A DNA stretch of 64,000 nucleotides from Ophelia neglecta (taxonomy: Eukaryota), in assembly GCA_965285935.1 (NCBI GenBank), contig OZ260663.1, positions 97,960,001 to 98,024,000 of the forward strand, read 5' to 3'. Numbering within the stretch: the stretch's first letter is position 1; every line of letters begins with the position of its first letter. The notes below the pieces were generated by a model. The model was not told the origin of the DNA. It searched no databases and saw only the letters and a list, made by a program, of their open reading frames with translations. The position numbers and the translations under genes are program-made. This document shows positions 11,299 through 24,300 of the stretch, piece after piece.

Positions 11299-12829
11299 AG
11301 ATTCATATTGATAAAAGGCCAAAGATGAAGACACCTCTGCTGTAGTGTTAACTAACAATAGTTTTTAAATTTACCTGTGTTTTTAGAAAGTTTTATTTGA
11401 CAAGGGATTTCGTAACCAGAGAACTAATATCATATTATTGTACGTATAAAAGCTTGCGGTACCGTAATATTTATCCTATTAAAAAGTGTAAATAAGTTGT
11501 TGTGCAGTAGTACAATCAACAAATTACCTAAGCTGATAGAGTCTGGGTTATTGCGTGAGTTAACGGCAACGATAGTGGGGTGCAATGGGGTAGTAGAGGG
11601 GAGGAGTGTGGTTGATGCTATATACATGATCCTCAATTTGTAAGGCATTTTCATTTTTATCCAGGGCGGTCAAGGCTGGGTACGAGTGACGGGGTAGGGG
11701 TTGGCAGAGCAAGGGAGTGTCGAGAACATACAAGGATGGCTGCGGATGGTTGGGGGAGAAGGGGGAGGGGGCATGGACAGGGGTTAGTAAGGATGGGTTG
11801 GGGAAGGGGTAAAGTAATGTGTAGGCTTTACGTTGTTTTTGCGATAAAACATGCTGGTTCAGGAGTTGAATGTGAGTGAAGCGAAGGGGTCGTTTTAATT
11901 CTTGAAATAAGATTATCCTCCCGGAGTTGAATTGTTATAATTGCTACTGTGAGGCTGCTATACTGCTCAACGTTATTACAGAGGCATCCCAGATGACATC
12001 TTGAAGCATTTGGAGATTATAATACGTTAGGTACGATACAAAGTGCATTCCGTTTTTTACCAGTTTGAAAATCTTCGTGGCCTTGTAAGATCAACCACCG
12101 GACGCGTCTGATTTAACCATTGACTTAAATAACGCGTTGGCCAAAAGCGCACGACAAAATTTACTTGACTCGTTACCCTATATCACTTGTAATATATAAT
12201 CTTTAAATGATTTGCCTTTGACTATTTGCTATACGTTTGACACTATGATAAATGAAATTTGATCCGCACTTTCGACTAGAGGTCAAAGACAACTGGTGTT
12301 TACTGAGTTATATGAATCACCTTAACCGAAAAAAATACTATCATGGAACGCCTAAACGACAAGCTAACAAATTCTATTAATGGATGATAAAATCTTTAGC
12401 TATTTCTTTTGAAACAAACACATGTTTTACTATGAAAAACGTGCTTCCGTGGTTCATCGCCTCTTCTCTATAGAACAGAGAGCCCATTCATTCATGGTCC
12501 ATGTTTAAATAGGATGATTCGTGACATAGACATGCACCAGGTACTATCTTGATATGTATCAAACACGCGCTGACTCCGATTGCCATAGTGTGTGCCAGTG
12601 CTGCCTTAACGGGTACATGTGTCAACTGAACTAAAATGCGACACAGTTACAGCTAGGTTAAAATAGGCGAGGAAGTAAACTTTACATGTAAGTGCGCAAA
12701 TTCGCTAGGTTGATAAGTATGCTGCTTTGGCTATATTGAAGATCCAGGCCAGATGGCGGCCGTGCTAATGAAACACGTCTTTCCCGTGTTTAGCGTTTCA
12801 GCCAGCAGGTTCAGACCATGTCTAGCTAC

Positions 12830-13180
12830 AAACATTGGATAAGCACTCCTGGTTGACGACATTTTTTCTTCTATCGCTAAAGGCGACAATGGATTTTTTC
12901 ACCAAGACTTTCTTTAAAATAAAATGAATAAATACCAGAGAGGGAAGTGGGGTTGAACTGATTTATAAAAGATAAGACAATTCGTTGATTATTTCGGGTG
13001 CTTTCTCTGAGCACTTGAACATTCCGTGCGGGATAACACAGGGTTCGATTTTTGGTCCAGTCCTCTTCCTCATGTATATTAATGATATTGCAGACGTCTC
13101 AAATAGTTTATTCATTCTTCTTTAGGTTTTAGATTCAAACGCATTCTTACCTGGCTAAAAGCTTGATACCTTCCATTCAA
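12830..13180 (+). mobile_element. Degraded CR1/L2-group RT fragment
   Basis: Translates to ...CGITQGSIFGPVLFLMYINDIADVS..., with stops. Confidence 0.7.
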
Positions 13181-14869
13181 TTTAATGTTTGACAGCCAGG
13201 AGAGCTCATATAGTCATTCCGGCCAAAACAATGGGTGTCCGTTGATAGAGCAATGCTGATCATGTTACCTCCGCGATTGAGCCTCGGAGCTGTGTTTGGC
13301 CAACTCCATATAACAGGTGTTGCATCTCCCTGATCATTTCAGAAACATAGGTGTTCAACAGTATCGCCCAGTTACTTCACCTGTATGCGCCATGGTTTAC
13401 GGGATTATTATTCGTACAATCTAGTTACAAAATGCCGGGTTGGGGCAGTACCTCAACATACTGGCGGTTGCAACCAACCAGATAGGCAGCGTAGTATGCG
13501 CCGTCATCAACACACCATGCGCGAAACTTGGATTTCGGCGGCAACTGAGATTTTATTTGGTGTGTTTAAACCTTCTTTGTATAAATAAGGATACTGTAAG
13601 CATTGAAAGCTACATGTATATATATTGTGATAAGTATATACATAATTCATTACCGGATGGTCAACATCACTCATGTGGACCGCATAAATAGGTACGTTTA
13701 TAATCATTATGAAAAACAGATTTAGTTCGCCCACAAAGGAGATAAAAACAGTAATTGGACTAATATTTATACAAGGACACCTGTTGCCTTGGCGTTAACC
13801 ATTTCATAGTCAGCATTGATACGCAATTCTAACCATACTTGAGTACTGGTCATATTGTGAAGAAAAATCGAACGTGATTTAGCACCATGGATTCAGGTTC
13901 AGATCGGTTCTAACAAAAAAGAGTTTATCAACAACAACTACAATGGACGGTATTTAAACCACATTATATAATGTGTCACAAATCGCCCTCTTCTCTCACC
14001 TATATTGATTACTTTATGATATCAATGGGGTCAACCGAATTATTACACGAACACGCCGTTCTCGAAAACAGCCATACTAATGTTTCCGACAAAACCCAAT
14101 CTTTTAATCAGTCACGCTTGTAGCGCCGTACGTCGTCTTACACGTATCAGAGATTGCATTTGAGAGATGGTCTATGTAACTGAACTTAACAATATCACCT
14201 AGGCCCCCATGTCTGGTCTAGTTCGGTTCCTCAATCTCGTACATCCACTGTTACGAGTAGGTTTCCTAGACACATGCCACGACATGTGCCATGAGGAAAT
14301 GCGTCAGCTGCTTTTGAGCTTGAATGAAATGTGTCGTTTTCAAATTCAATTTCATAATATATTAATTAATACCACACAGCTTGGGAATTTTTATTGAAAC
14401 GGTGATATTTCTGCCTCTTTAAACTTGAATTTATAAGTACATTATTGTAATTAAACAGAGCCCTCTTTAATTATGGAGAATGATTCACCGATTGGGCTAC
14501 TTTATTTGAGCAACCTTACAAAGAAATTGCTCAAATGATATATTTATCTTTACAATCAAGGTTCTAGTATATATATATATAAATGATCCCGGCTTGATAT
14601 AATATTATTTATGCTGTTTGTGAAAATATATTTTAGTGTGCTTAGTCTTTAGGTCAAGCCGATAAAAACTAATTTTGTTTTTTGATAGCTTAACATGCTA
14701 AATAGGTATTCTGTAAAAGTACATGTATACGCTTTTAACAAAATGAAATAAAATCAATTACAGTCAATGTTGAAAGATTAAAGGGAAAAATGAAGTGGAA
14801 GAGGGTAACTGACAGAGACCAGATAGGCATAATCATGTTCGAGTTTGCTTTCACTGTGCATCAATAATA

Positions 14870-15110
14870 ATAATAATATTGTCATTTACAGAGCGCTCCT
14901 TTCCTCGTATATTACACTTAAATAGTATAAATAAACCTTAATAGAAATAAAATAAAAGTTACATAAATAAATGAATTAAAAAAATCAAATCTAAGTTAAG
15001 TTATGGCACACATTAATTATTTTCGGCCAATAAGTAATTAAAGGCAAGTCTGAATATTGAGTCTTTAGCCTGGATTTAAAGACTTCCACTGACACGAGAT
15101 CTAATGCTGA
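14870..15110 (-). mobile_element. L2-like LINE 3' end remnant
   Basis: Minus strand has FKSRLKT-like coding sequence, followed by GCGCTCTGTAAAT and a (TTA)n tail typical of L2 3' ends. Confidence 0.45.
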
Positions 15111-18100
15111 TTAGCTGAATATGGTATCTTATTAATTTATTGTATGCTGATTCGCTTAATAACATTTTATTTTGTAGGTCTCGCGGTTCATCAAAAACAA
15201 ATATTTCTTCATCCTATGTGAAATTATTTATTCCTTCATTAATTATAATGAGATTATGTTAGATTTAGGAGATCAAAAGGAGATTAGGTTAGGTAACTAA
15301 ATAATTATAACAGACCTTTATTGAATAGGCTATTGTTTGGCGCCGGGAATGAACCGGGAATTATATCTACCTCTATAAAATTAGAATTATAAGTACATGA
15401 TTATAATTAAACATAGCCCTTGTTACTGATGAGGAATAATTTCATTTATGGGTCTACTTTACTACCATTTTTATCTCTTTATTTTGGTTACTATGTCTCG
15501 CATTATTTTCTTTTGGTCACACAGGTGTGTATATTCTGTGATGAATATAGTCACTCTCTTCTTGTACGGTACATACGTACTCTCTTCTTGTACGTACATA
15601 TTCGCCCACAACGCAGCGCTGAATACAGGGGCCATGAAGTGCTTGCTATCACAACCATCACGGTTCACCGCCTCTTGTGCATGGATAACGTAGACTATTC
15701 ATTCATGGCCTGTGTCTGAAAAAGTGATTTGTAATATAGACATGCAACAGGGCCACCTTAACAAGTAGCGAAACACGCGCTGTCATTGAATGTGGGCGTC
15801 GTGGGTCCCCTTAAAACAGGGGAGCCTCCGTGCCATGTTGGCTAAGATTTTACTTTCGTCACAACGTCGGGCGTCAAAGAGCCAACGTACTTAATGTTTT
15901 TGTAATGCATAACCTCGTATCTCGTGCTAAAAAATTCGAACGATTCGCGGCTTTATTCGAATCTTTTTAACCCATTGGTATTCCTTTTTTATTTCAAACA
16001 TGCGTACTCGTGTTGCCTTAACGTCTACATGATCTGACCTAAAATGCTGCATAGGCACAAAAACGGTTAAAAAGAATAAATAAATGAGGAAGTAAAGGTA
16101 GCATAAAAATGCAGCAATTCGCCATGTTGACTTGTGGCTAAAGGGCTGGGACCAGGTAAAATGGCGGCTACGTTTATGATACACGTCTTTCTTGTGATTT
16201 CGTTAAGCATTTCAGTCAGCAGTTCAGGTATTTATTGTGACAGATAATATTTCTGTGTCGATTTGAATATTATTATTTATTTGAATCGGTATTCTATCCC
16301 GGAGGTAAACCAATAATGAGATATATTTATTGCAAAAAATGAATATCTTTATGCACAGATCCCTGTCGATACGGGCACGGCCTTACATGTGCGTTTACGT
16401 GTCGTTGTGACAGCGGTTGTAACACAGACACAGGAAATTGTCTGCACGGTACAGCGTGTCAGAAATGGAGCCCGGGTTCTGTTATGTGGCGCGGCTCAGG
16501 TTGTAGAATAGGTAGGTATAGTAGCTATGAATTCTCGAATGGGGCATAATTTGCCTATGAGGGCACAATGGGGTGGGGTGGAGGGGGTTCGGAGTAGTTA
16601 ACTAAAGAGTGGCTAAGCGAGAGGATTTTTTATGTATTTGCTTCGCCATTTGTCACACGTTTTCGTTAACTCATAAGTTGCAGCGGAGTTATATCTGACG
16701 TACTTCGTGTGTTAGTTATTTGACGAAAATAGTCACAGTGCCATTCATATTCTACCTATTAGGAAACGTGGCAAGGTCAAAAACAGCCTATCAGAGTTGG
16801 ACACGGGAGGATTATGGTCCTGATCGTGCAGTTGATGGACATGTCGGAAACTCACTGTCAGACGGAAAGTGTTCATTTATAGACCCATACCAAGGCATTG
16901 TCTTGTGGATGGTGGATCTTGGACACATGTACCTTATATCCAGTGTTTTTATATATAGTGAAAAAGGAAAAAGTAAGTAAGAATAACGAGACCTTGCATA
17001 TTTAATCAATGTTTCAAATGATAAACCATCATTTTGATTAGATAGACAAGTACATGTAGCGGTAGCAACTAATGGCTATTAAAAGTTAACAAAGACAGAA
17101 AAAAAGCACCTAGATGCGGTATCTTCCCCATACATGTTTATATTTTTATGGGTGTGCGAGACGAATATACATGTACCTACATCAATGCAAGGAAAACATT
17201 TATTGATTAATCTTACTAAAGAATCATCAACTAGTATTTCTTAAAGAAGAAACCTTATTTAAACGAATATGAATGAAGTATTAAATAAACATGCATTTAC
17301 TCTAATATAATATTTTTAGGTAAACTGAACGATTACCGTATTCTTGTTGGTAATTCTACACAAATAAACGAAAATACAGTGGAGTGTGGAACAAGCGGAA
17401 CCGCGGACCACACTTACACAGACTACGACATAGTAACCTGTTACCCCGACAAACTTTTTGTGGGAAAGACAGTTGCCTTCAAAAGCAATGCCATTTCCGG
17501 CGTTATCTTATGTGAACTGGTTGTCATTGGACGGCGATATATAGGTTTGAAAAGCTATTGCATATTTTGTCTGTTGTTTGTTTGTTTCTTGTAATCAATT
17601 TAGTGTACATGTATTTGTGGACAGATTGTTCTCTCTGCCCGACTTCCAGTACCTGTAATGAGTACGATGGATGTAGCCTGTGTCCAGAAGGCTTTCTGCT
17701 ACCAGACTGCAAAGTTAATTGGAGTTTTACTCTACACTTATTTGTGACTATACCAATTCTAGTCGTGTTTGCTGTAAACAGCGTCTTATAAAAGGTACAC
17801 AAGTTGCAAGCGGTTCGAAAAATAGTGTTGAGGGGATCTGTTTTGAAGTCGTCGAGATGTATGAAGCCTTTGTTTATCAGAATGTATGCCTGGTCTGGGA
17901 GGGAATGACTGCTGTAGCACACACTGTGAGAACCTCGCCTGTGTTAGGGAGACAGGCGTGTGTACTGACGGTTGTTCATATGATGACGAAGGGTTTTTGT
18001 GGGTTGGCCAGATGTGCGAAGAGGGGTTACGTAAGTATGAGCTATTGATATATCACTTTTTTGAGGGACAAGAATGTCTATGAAAGTGTACTTATGTTTT

Positions 18101-18114
18101 TTTTAATCTTACAG

Positions 18115-18477
18115 CCATCATGCGATTTGGGTCAGGCGACACCGTGGACAGAAATCCAGTGGAAGTCACAGCTTACTGTGTGACATGGCGCTGGAAGGAG
18201 GCGTTGAACGTATCAGAACATGCGACACCCCACGTAGGCTACCGGATTTATAACCGTCCATTGTACAGCAGTAACTGGAAGCTGGGAGTTGACATACCAT
18301 ACAGTAAGACCGAGTGGCAACAAGGGACGGTTAGCAATTTAAGTTCAAACACTGATTACGAGTTTGACCTGGAAGCGTATCGAAAGAAATCTGATGGAAC
18401 TAGGGTCTTGGGTGACACGTCCTACATCGAATCAGGTTATCCCACCTGGAACCTGCCACTTAGAAGTAAAACATTAG
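18115..18477 (+). CDS. Fibronectin type III-like exon of copy B
   Basis: VTW...GYRIY...W...TVSNLSSNTDYEFDLEAY pattern, with phase-1 splice sites on both sides. Confidence 0.75.
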
Positions 18478-20099
18478 GTATGGAATATATTCTTTATTAT
18501 AATCCGGATATGTTTTGCATTCATACACCTCTTCCATTTCTTGTTGACTCTCAATCTATATGAGTCATTCACTTATTATTCCTACTATTTTCTTTAAGTG
18601 GCGCCAACCTCTCAGTTTCGAACCTCATCCATCATAACCAGTATGAAAACCAAAGGTTTATGTTCCTCTGACATCTCCAAGACGACTGAACTTCCATCAT
18701 TATCAAATAGTGAATCCACTTCAAACACAAATCCTCGATCAACTGTTTCGACTAATCTAAACCCGCCAAGCATTGACGGTCCACAAAATGTAGGGCCAAA
18801 AACGGAACTTATAGCTGGAGTAACTGTTGGGATTTTAGTTATTTTGATAATAGCTGGAGCCATTATTGTCTTCCTGGTCAGGTATGTTCAAATGTTTAAC
18901 AAAAGTGAAAAACTTATGACGAATTCAATTTGGTTACAATGAACAACATTTAACTGTCATTCCTCTCACCAATGACCAAAGAAAAAACAGGAAAGGAAGA
19001 TGCGAGTTATTAGAAAAAAAAGAGAGAATTTCTTTGAAAGGAGACCAACATACACAAATGGATTCAGGCGAAAGTAAGTTAAAACTTCGAACTTACTAAG
19101 TTTTCGTACATCTACGAACATGTGAAATGAATATATGCTAAAAAATTGAATTTCGCAGTCTAGAAAGTGGGTCATGTGATTGGATGTTTTTATAATTTCG
19201 GTTAAAATTGAAATAGCACATTGGCTGACACCTCGTGACGTTCGTTAACTATCCGTATACCACGGTTTGAATTCGTACCTGAAATGTTTGTCAACTTGGA
19301 CAGCGATGCATAAGATCATTAGCATAAAAACAAACACGAGAAGTTAGGTGTAAACGAGTTGTGCATCTATATAAATAGTTGAAAACTTAAAGCCGATGGC
19401 CGCAGCTTAGACATGAACCATATCGATAGTGATGGTATCTACTAGGTAAAGCGTTGTGGCCCTTTAGGCCTGGGCCAACAGTTAATGCATAAAATGAATA
19501 TCTGTTGGTGTGATGATAGTATGCCGCTGTATATAATAATACAGTTTTGGATCATCAAATTTTGAATTGAGCGGCAATGATAAGAGGTCACATAAATGTA
19601 TGAAATGCATATCCGTTCACACTGTGGTTCAGTATTTTACAAAATATGACAATTTATTGGGTCACGATACGGGTTTCTCCTATGCTCGCGATTATTTTAA
19701 TGTTAGAAACGATTTCACCTTATCGGCTTCGTTAACAAAATAGGTACACGTGAGAACAAAGTTATGATGCTTTTGGAAATGTGGGCATGCTCGGCGTCAG
19801 GGACGGGATTGATTGCGGAAGTTAGGGTAGGTGCTGCTTCTCGGGGCTCTTTGTATTTAGGGTTCAGCACGGGCCTGGGTTAGGTTAGGGTCGGTATATA
19901 TAACTTGTTTAGGGTTAGGTCAGGGTTTGGATCAGGGTAAGTAATGTAATAGGGCTTAGGGAAATGCAATGATTATCCCTTTAAAGTTAGCGCCAAAGTA
20001 GAAAATATGCTTTGCATATTGCATTATTGAACCATGAACACTCATGAGATTGATTCTCCTAGTCTGAGTTTGCCCATAGTTATAGTTCTCACACAACTG

Positions 20100-21350
20100 G
20101 TTTAAATTAAGATTTCCTCAGACACAGAGGCAAGAGATGATGATTGAACATCTGAATTAAATTCACACTTATCAACATATTTCAGCTTTCTGTAAGCTAT
20201 ATCTTTCGATTCATTCTTAGGTTTGCCTACATCTAGAGACAGGTGAACAGCAAAGTAGTCTGACATTGGACATGACACATTTAAATTGCGGATGATATTG
20301 TCCACTGACCTTGAGCATACCAAACCTAGAACATGACCATTTATATGAGTAGGTTCAGCATTCAATTGAATATAATTGCAAGATACTAACAGAACTGTTC
20401 TAGCACTTTCTAGCACTACTGTCCTCACTGCCTCCAACATGGAAGTTATATCCGCCAGCTAGAATAATCTTCCCAGGAGCCGCGGCAATATATTCTAATG
20501 GAGCACCAAACGCCTGAAGAATACTGTAATATTATTTTTAGTCGATGTTGGAGCACTGGACACAATGATACGGATCAATGAAGCAGATTTAAAAAGAAAA
20601 TCAAGTAATTCTAATGATGCATGAGCGTCTTTTTTTCTGACTCCATCTTTATGACCATATCTACACCTCCGACACACCCCGCCAAACGTGGTTGGTGGCA
20701 AATAGCATAGCAGGCTGGCACAATATTTCCTATAGTAACTGCGTCAACATCTTTTGCACGAGACCAACAACAAAGTCGTGAACATTGGTGACAGTAAAGT
20801 CATTGACAAGTCTTTACAGATCATGAGTTAAAGATGCACATAGAGTGTTTTAGGATTGCCAATAACAAACGTAGTTTTTGTACTGGCACACGATTTATAT
20901 TAACATTATTTGAATGTTTTGAATTGAAAGGATTATCCACAGCCTGTGTAATTTCAATGGACTCCGCTGCTTCAATGCTCTTGGCCCACAAGCGACTGGA
21001 AATTCTGCCTTGCCTCCCTTAACGTCTAGCTCCTATCCTCTGTAGATCTGGGCCTCCCTAATGTTGTCTGTCACATTGATTTACTGCTAAGCAGGTCCCT
21101 GTTGACACTGACCAGCTGTTCGCGCGCATATTGTAAGGTCATTCCCCAGGTCGTTTAGCATGACGCTTAACCCATGATACAGTTTTTATTGTACACACTA
21201 GTTTACTGGTCTTCCCGGTTTCCACTGGAGTGTTTGCAATCCCGGAAAGTTGTCAGGCAGGTCACCAGCAAAAAACAATGGCAGCATAGCTGGCAGGGAT
21301 TACCCAAGTGTCAAAAATCTTTAAACTTTAGCAAATATGACCGATTTTAC
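20100..21350 (-). mobile_element. Degraded L2-clade LINE 5'/endonuclease fragment in an intron of copy B
   Basis: EPTHINGHVLGLV...MSDYFAVHLSL...YRKLK matches the endonuclease C-terminal SDH region; many stops; the 5' boundary is approximate. Confidence 0.7.
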
Positions 21351-24300
21351 CCAAAAACGCACACAAAATCTTCTACATCAATCCAAACTTGACAGAACTT
21401 GTTCATCCAAAAAATGAATCAGGTGTGTTGATTCACATTCTTAGCGAGTTACTATTTACATTCACTTGGTGTCATGTGTCATATGGTGAATATCATGTCT
21501 AGAATTGAAAGAAAAAAAACGAAAAAAACATCCTGTTAGAAATTCTTCAAGACAGATATGGCATTTTGACATCTCAATTTTAGCAGTTTCTAAAACTCTA
21601 TCATTGTGATTTCTTGGCAACCAAATTCGCGATTTTCTATGATACAAAACAACACCATAACGCGACACTTAGTGCCTTTGTTCCGATCTGCGCTATTCTC
21701 CTTTGACCTCAGAAGTTACTATATAATCCGGCCCATCACCCCAAATATTCCGACTGATAGTTGGACGGATGAACAGCCTGAAGTACTGACTAATATATGG
21801 TAAAATATAGTCGATGTTCATGCTAATGTGTAACATTTAATTGGTAATTGCATTATGTCTCTGCAATATGTCGCAAAAGCCCACAAAGTACGTTTTAACA
21901 GATGAACCAACGGGCGTACCAGAAGTAATGGCAATGACGTATTAATTAATTAGAATTACTAGATCTAGCTTATTAGCAGCCGGTTAATTCCTAAGCGCTT
22001 CATAGTCCCACTTTACTCGGTCATAGCGTGCAATGCCCCGTCACAAGTTGCCAACTTATCGTACAATTGAATTTGAAATTGTGTAACCAAGCTTTCCCAT
22101 CACACGGTCCAGTAAGCTACGCCTGCTTGCAAACCGACATCCGGTCTTATAAATTTCCTGTTCACAGTTTATTTAAATCAATGGATTTTGTCTATAAAAA
22201 TTGCCGCTTGTTAATATTGTAAAGAATTACTGACCTTCGTTAGTTACAACCGCTCGGCGCGTATCCAGTCGAGTACCAACGCCTAAAACTTATTAACGAT
22301 TCATTTAAACGGACATGCACTGAATTTATCGTTTCACAATTTAAATTGATATGCAAAATTCACCCATCGAAGACGATAATGAACTAATTGAAGACAACAA
22401 ACAAGATCAAGTCTCTGAAGAAATAGCAAATGGCCTGATAAGAGACGAAGCATTATATGTCAACATAAGATCATCCCAGAGTGTGGAAGGAAACAACATC
22501 AGGCTAGATGAGTTAAAGTCTGTTATTGACACCCTGACTGTTGAAGATGGATTCAAAGATGAATTTAATGTTCGTTATGCTCACATCTCCTACCATTTTT
22601 ACTACATATTTACTCAACTAATTTCGTCTATAACGAGTGTTTAGATAAATTGAATGTCATTCCTATTGCAGTTGTTACCTAATGAGGAGTTGCTTGACTG
22701 TGTGGCGGCTAGTCTTCCAGAGAACAATATACGAAACAGATTTAAGAATATAAAAGCATGTGAGACAAAGAAAATCATTAACCAGGAATAGTCCATTCAA
22801 ATAGAATTCCTAAGAAACCGCCTGCAACAGGCCTAAAAACAAACTTAAGCCTGAGAGTTGTATCCTCTACATTTCCAAAATTATATCTGTCTTGTAAATT
22901 ATTTTCCTTATTGTGAATGTTTTATTCTTCCAGATGATTCAACTCGTGTTGTTCTGGACGTGGATAAAGAACACTGTGAATCCGATTATATTAATGCCAA
23001 TTATATTACTGCAAGGTTAAATACGTCTTTCACTGCCGACATAATCACTTATGATTATTAATCACTTTTTTATTAATACATTTAATATATAAGATTCGAA
23101 ACTGTGCCTATTGTGTTACAGGGCTATAAAGGAAAAAAGAAGACATATGTGGCCACTCAAGGTGTGACGCAAAACGTGTACTAAAATGTATCCTATGCAA
23201 TTACTAGCTTATTCTTCGATACATACGGTACTAGCTATTTGCAAACAATGCTGTTAACTATTTCTAGTTATATTCTCCTGAAATACGATTTATGTTTACT
23301 GTCAGCCCCAAATGAACATACTACAAAAGACTTTTGGAGAATGATTTGGCAAGTCAAAACAAATAGGATCGTCATGGTTACAAGAACATTTGAAAACTGC
23401 AAGGTGAGTCGTTCATTTAAATTTAATTATCTTTGCCTACAGATTTATGTGTGAACACCTTATTGGAGTGCATAATGCCTTGTTTTTGTCAGTTTTAGTA
23501 TTCATACTTTTCAGACCAAAAGCCACCAGTATTGGTCGGAGAATGTCGGGGAAACAAAGCAGTATGATGAACTCTGTATCAAAACTATGAAGAGAGATAC
23601 ATTTACAGATTATGCCGTTTGCTTACTCAAGATAACAAAAGGGGTAGGTTATGTACTAAACAATACTAGCATACCAGTGTAACGCAAAAGTTTGTGTTGA
23701 ACTGAGCTTGGTGTCAACCAAAAATGAAATTCTAGAAGAGAGGAAAAATTAACAGATAAATCAGCCCACAAATGAAACCCCCTTATTGGCGTTAGCATTA
23801 CCAGTTGATAAGAGTGTTACATATATAAATGTTCCTTACTAGAGATACAACAAGTCCAATGGTAAACAAATCATTGCTTAGCTCTTAGTATTCTGTAAAT
23901 TTAGGAGGAGTCCCGCACTGTGCGCCATTTCCAGTTCTTACAATGGCTTGACAAGATGCCTCCGGACCAAGCCTACCCACTTCTCGCCTTTAGGAGGACT
24001 GTCAGGTTATCTGATACTGTTAGCGAGGGACCCATGATAGTGCATTGCAGGTATTGGACCCAACATTATTTAGATTGTCAGGTTTTTTTTCAATTCTGTA
24101 GTCACAAGTTATTACTTTTTCTTGAACAGCGCTGGTATAGGATGCACAGGAACCTTTATTGCCCTGGATTATCTGCTGCATCAGGCAGAGTCAGAGTCTC
24201 AAATCGATGTTGTCACCCTTGTCAAACGACTGCGGGCTGAACGGATGAAAATGATCCAGACCTTGGTATACCTTTAGATCACAATACTGGATTACTTTTC

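Noticed and set aside
12525-12660. Cys-rich stretch (DCHSVCQCCLNGYMCQ) as an EGF exon
   Set aside because: It contains a stop, and the Cys spacing does not match the family's EGF exons.
15420-15720. Hydrophobic ORFs as the signal-peptide exon of copy B
   Set aside because: No convincing phase-1 donor and no similarity to the signal exons of C and E; left unassigned.
8700-16300. Numerous 60-100 aa ORFs in intergenic DNA (also at 57-58.8 kb and 61-64 kb)
   Set aside because: No recognisable domains or exon chains; consistent with chance ORFs in AT-rich or repeat sequence.
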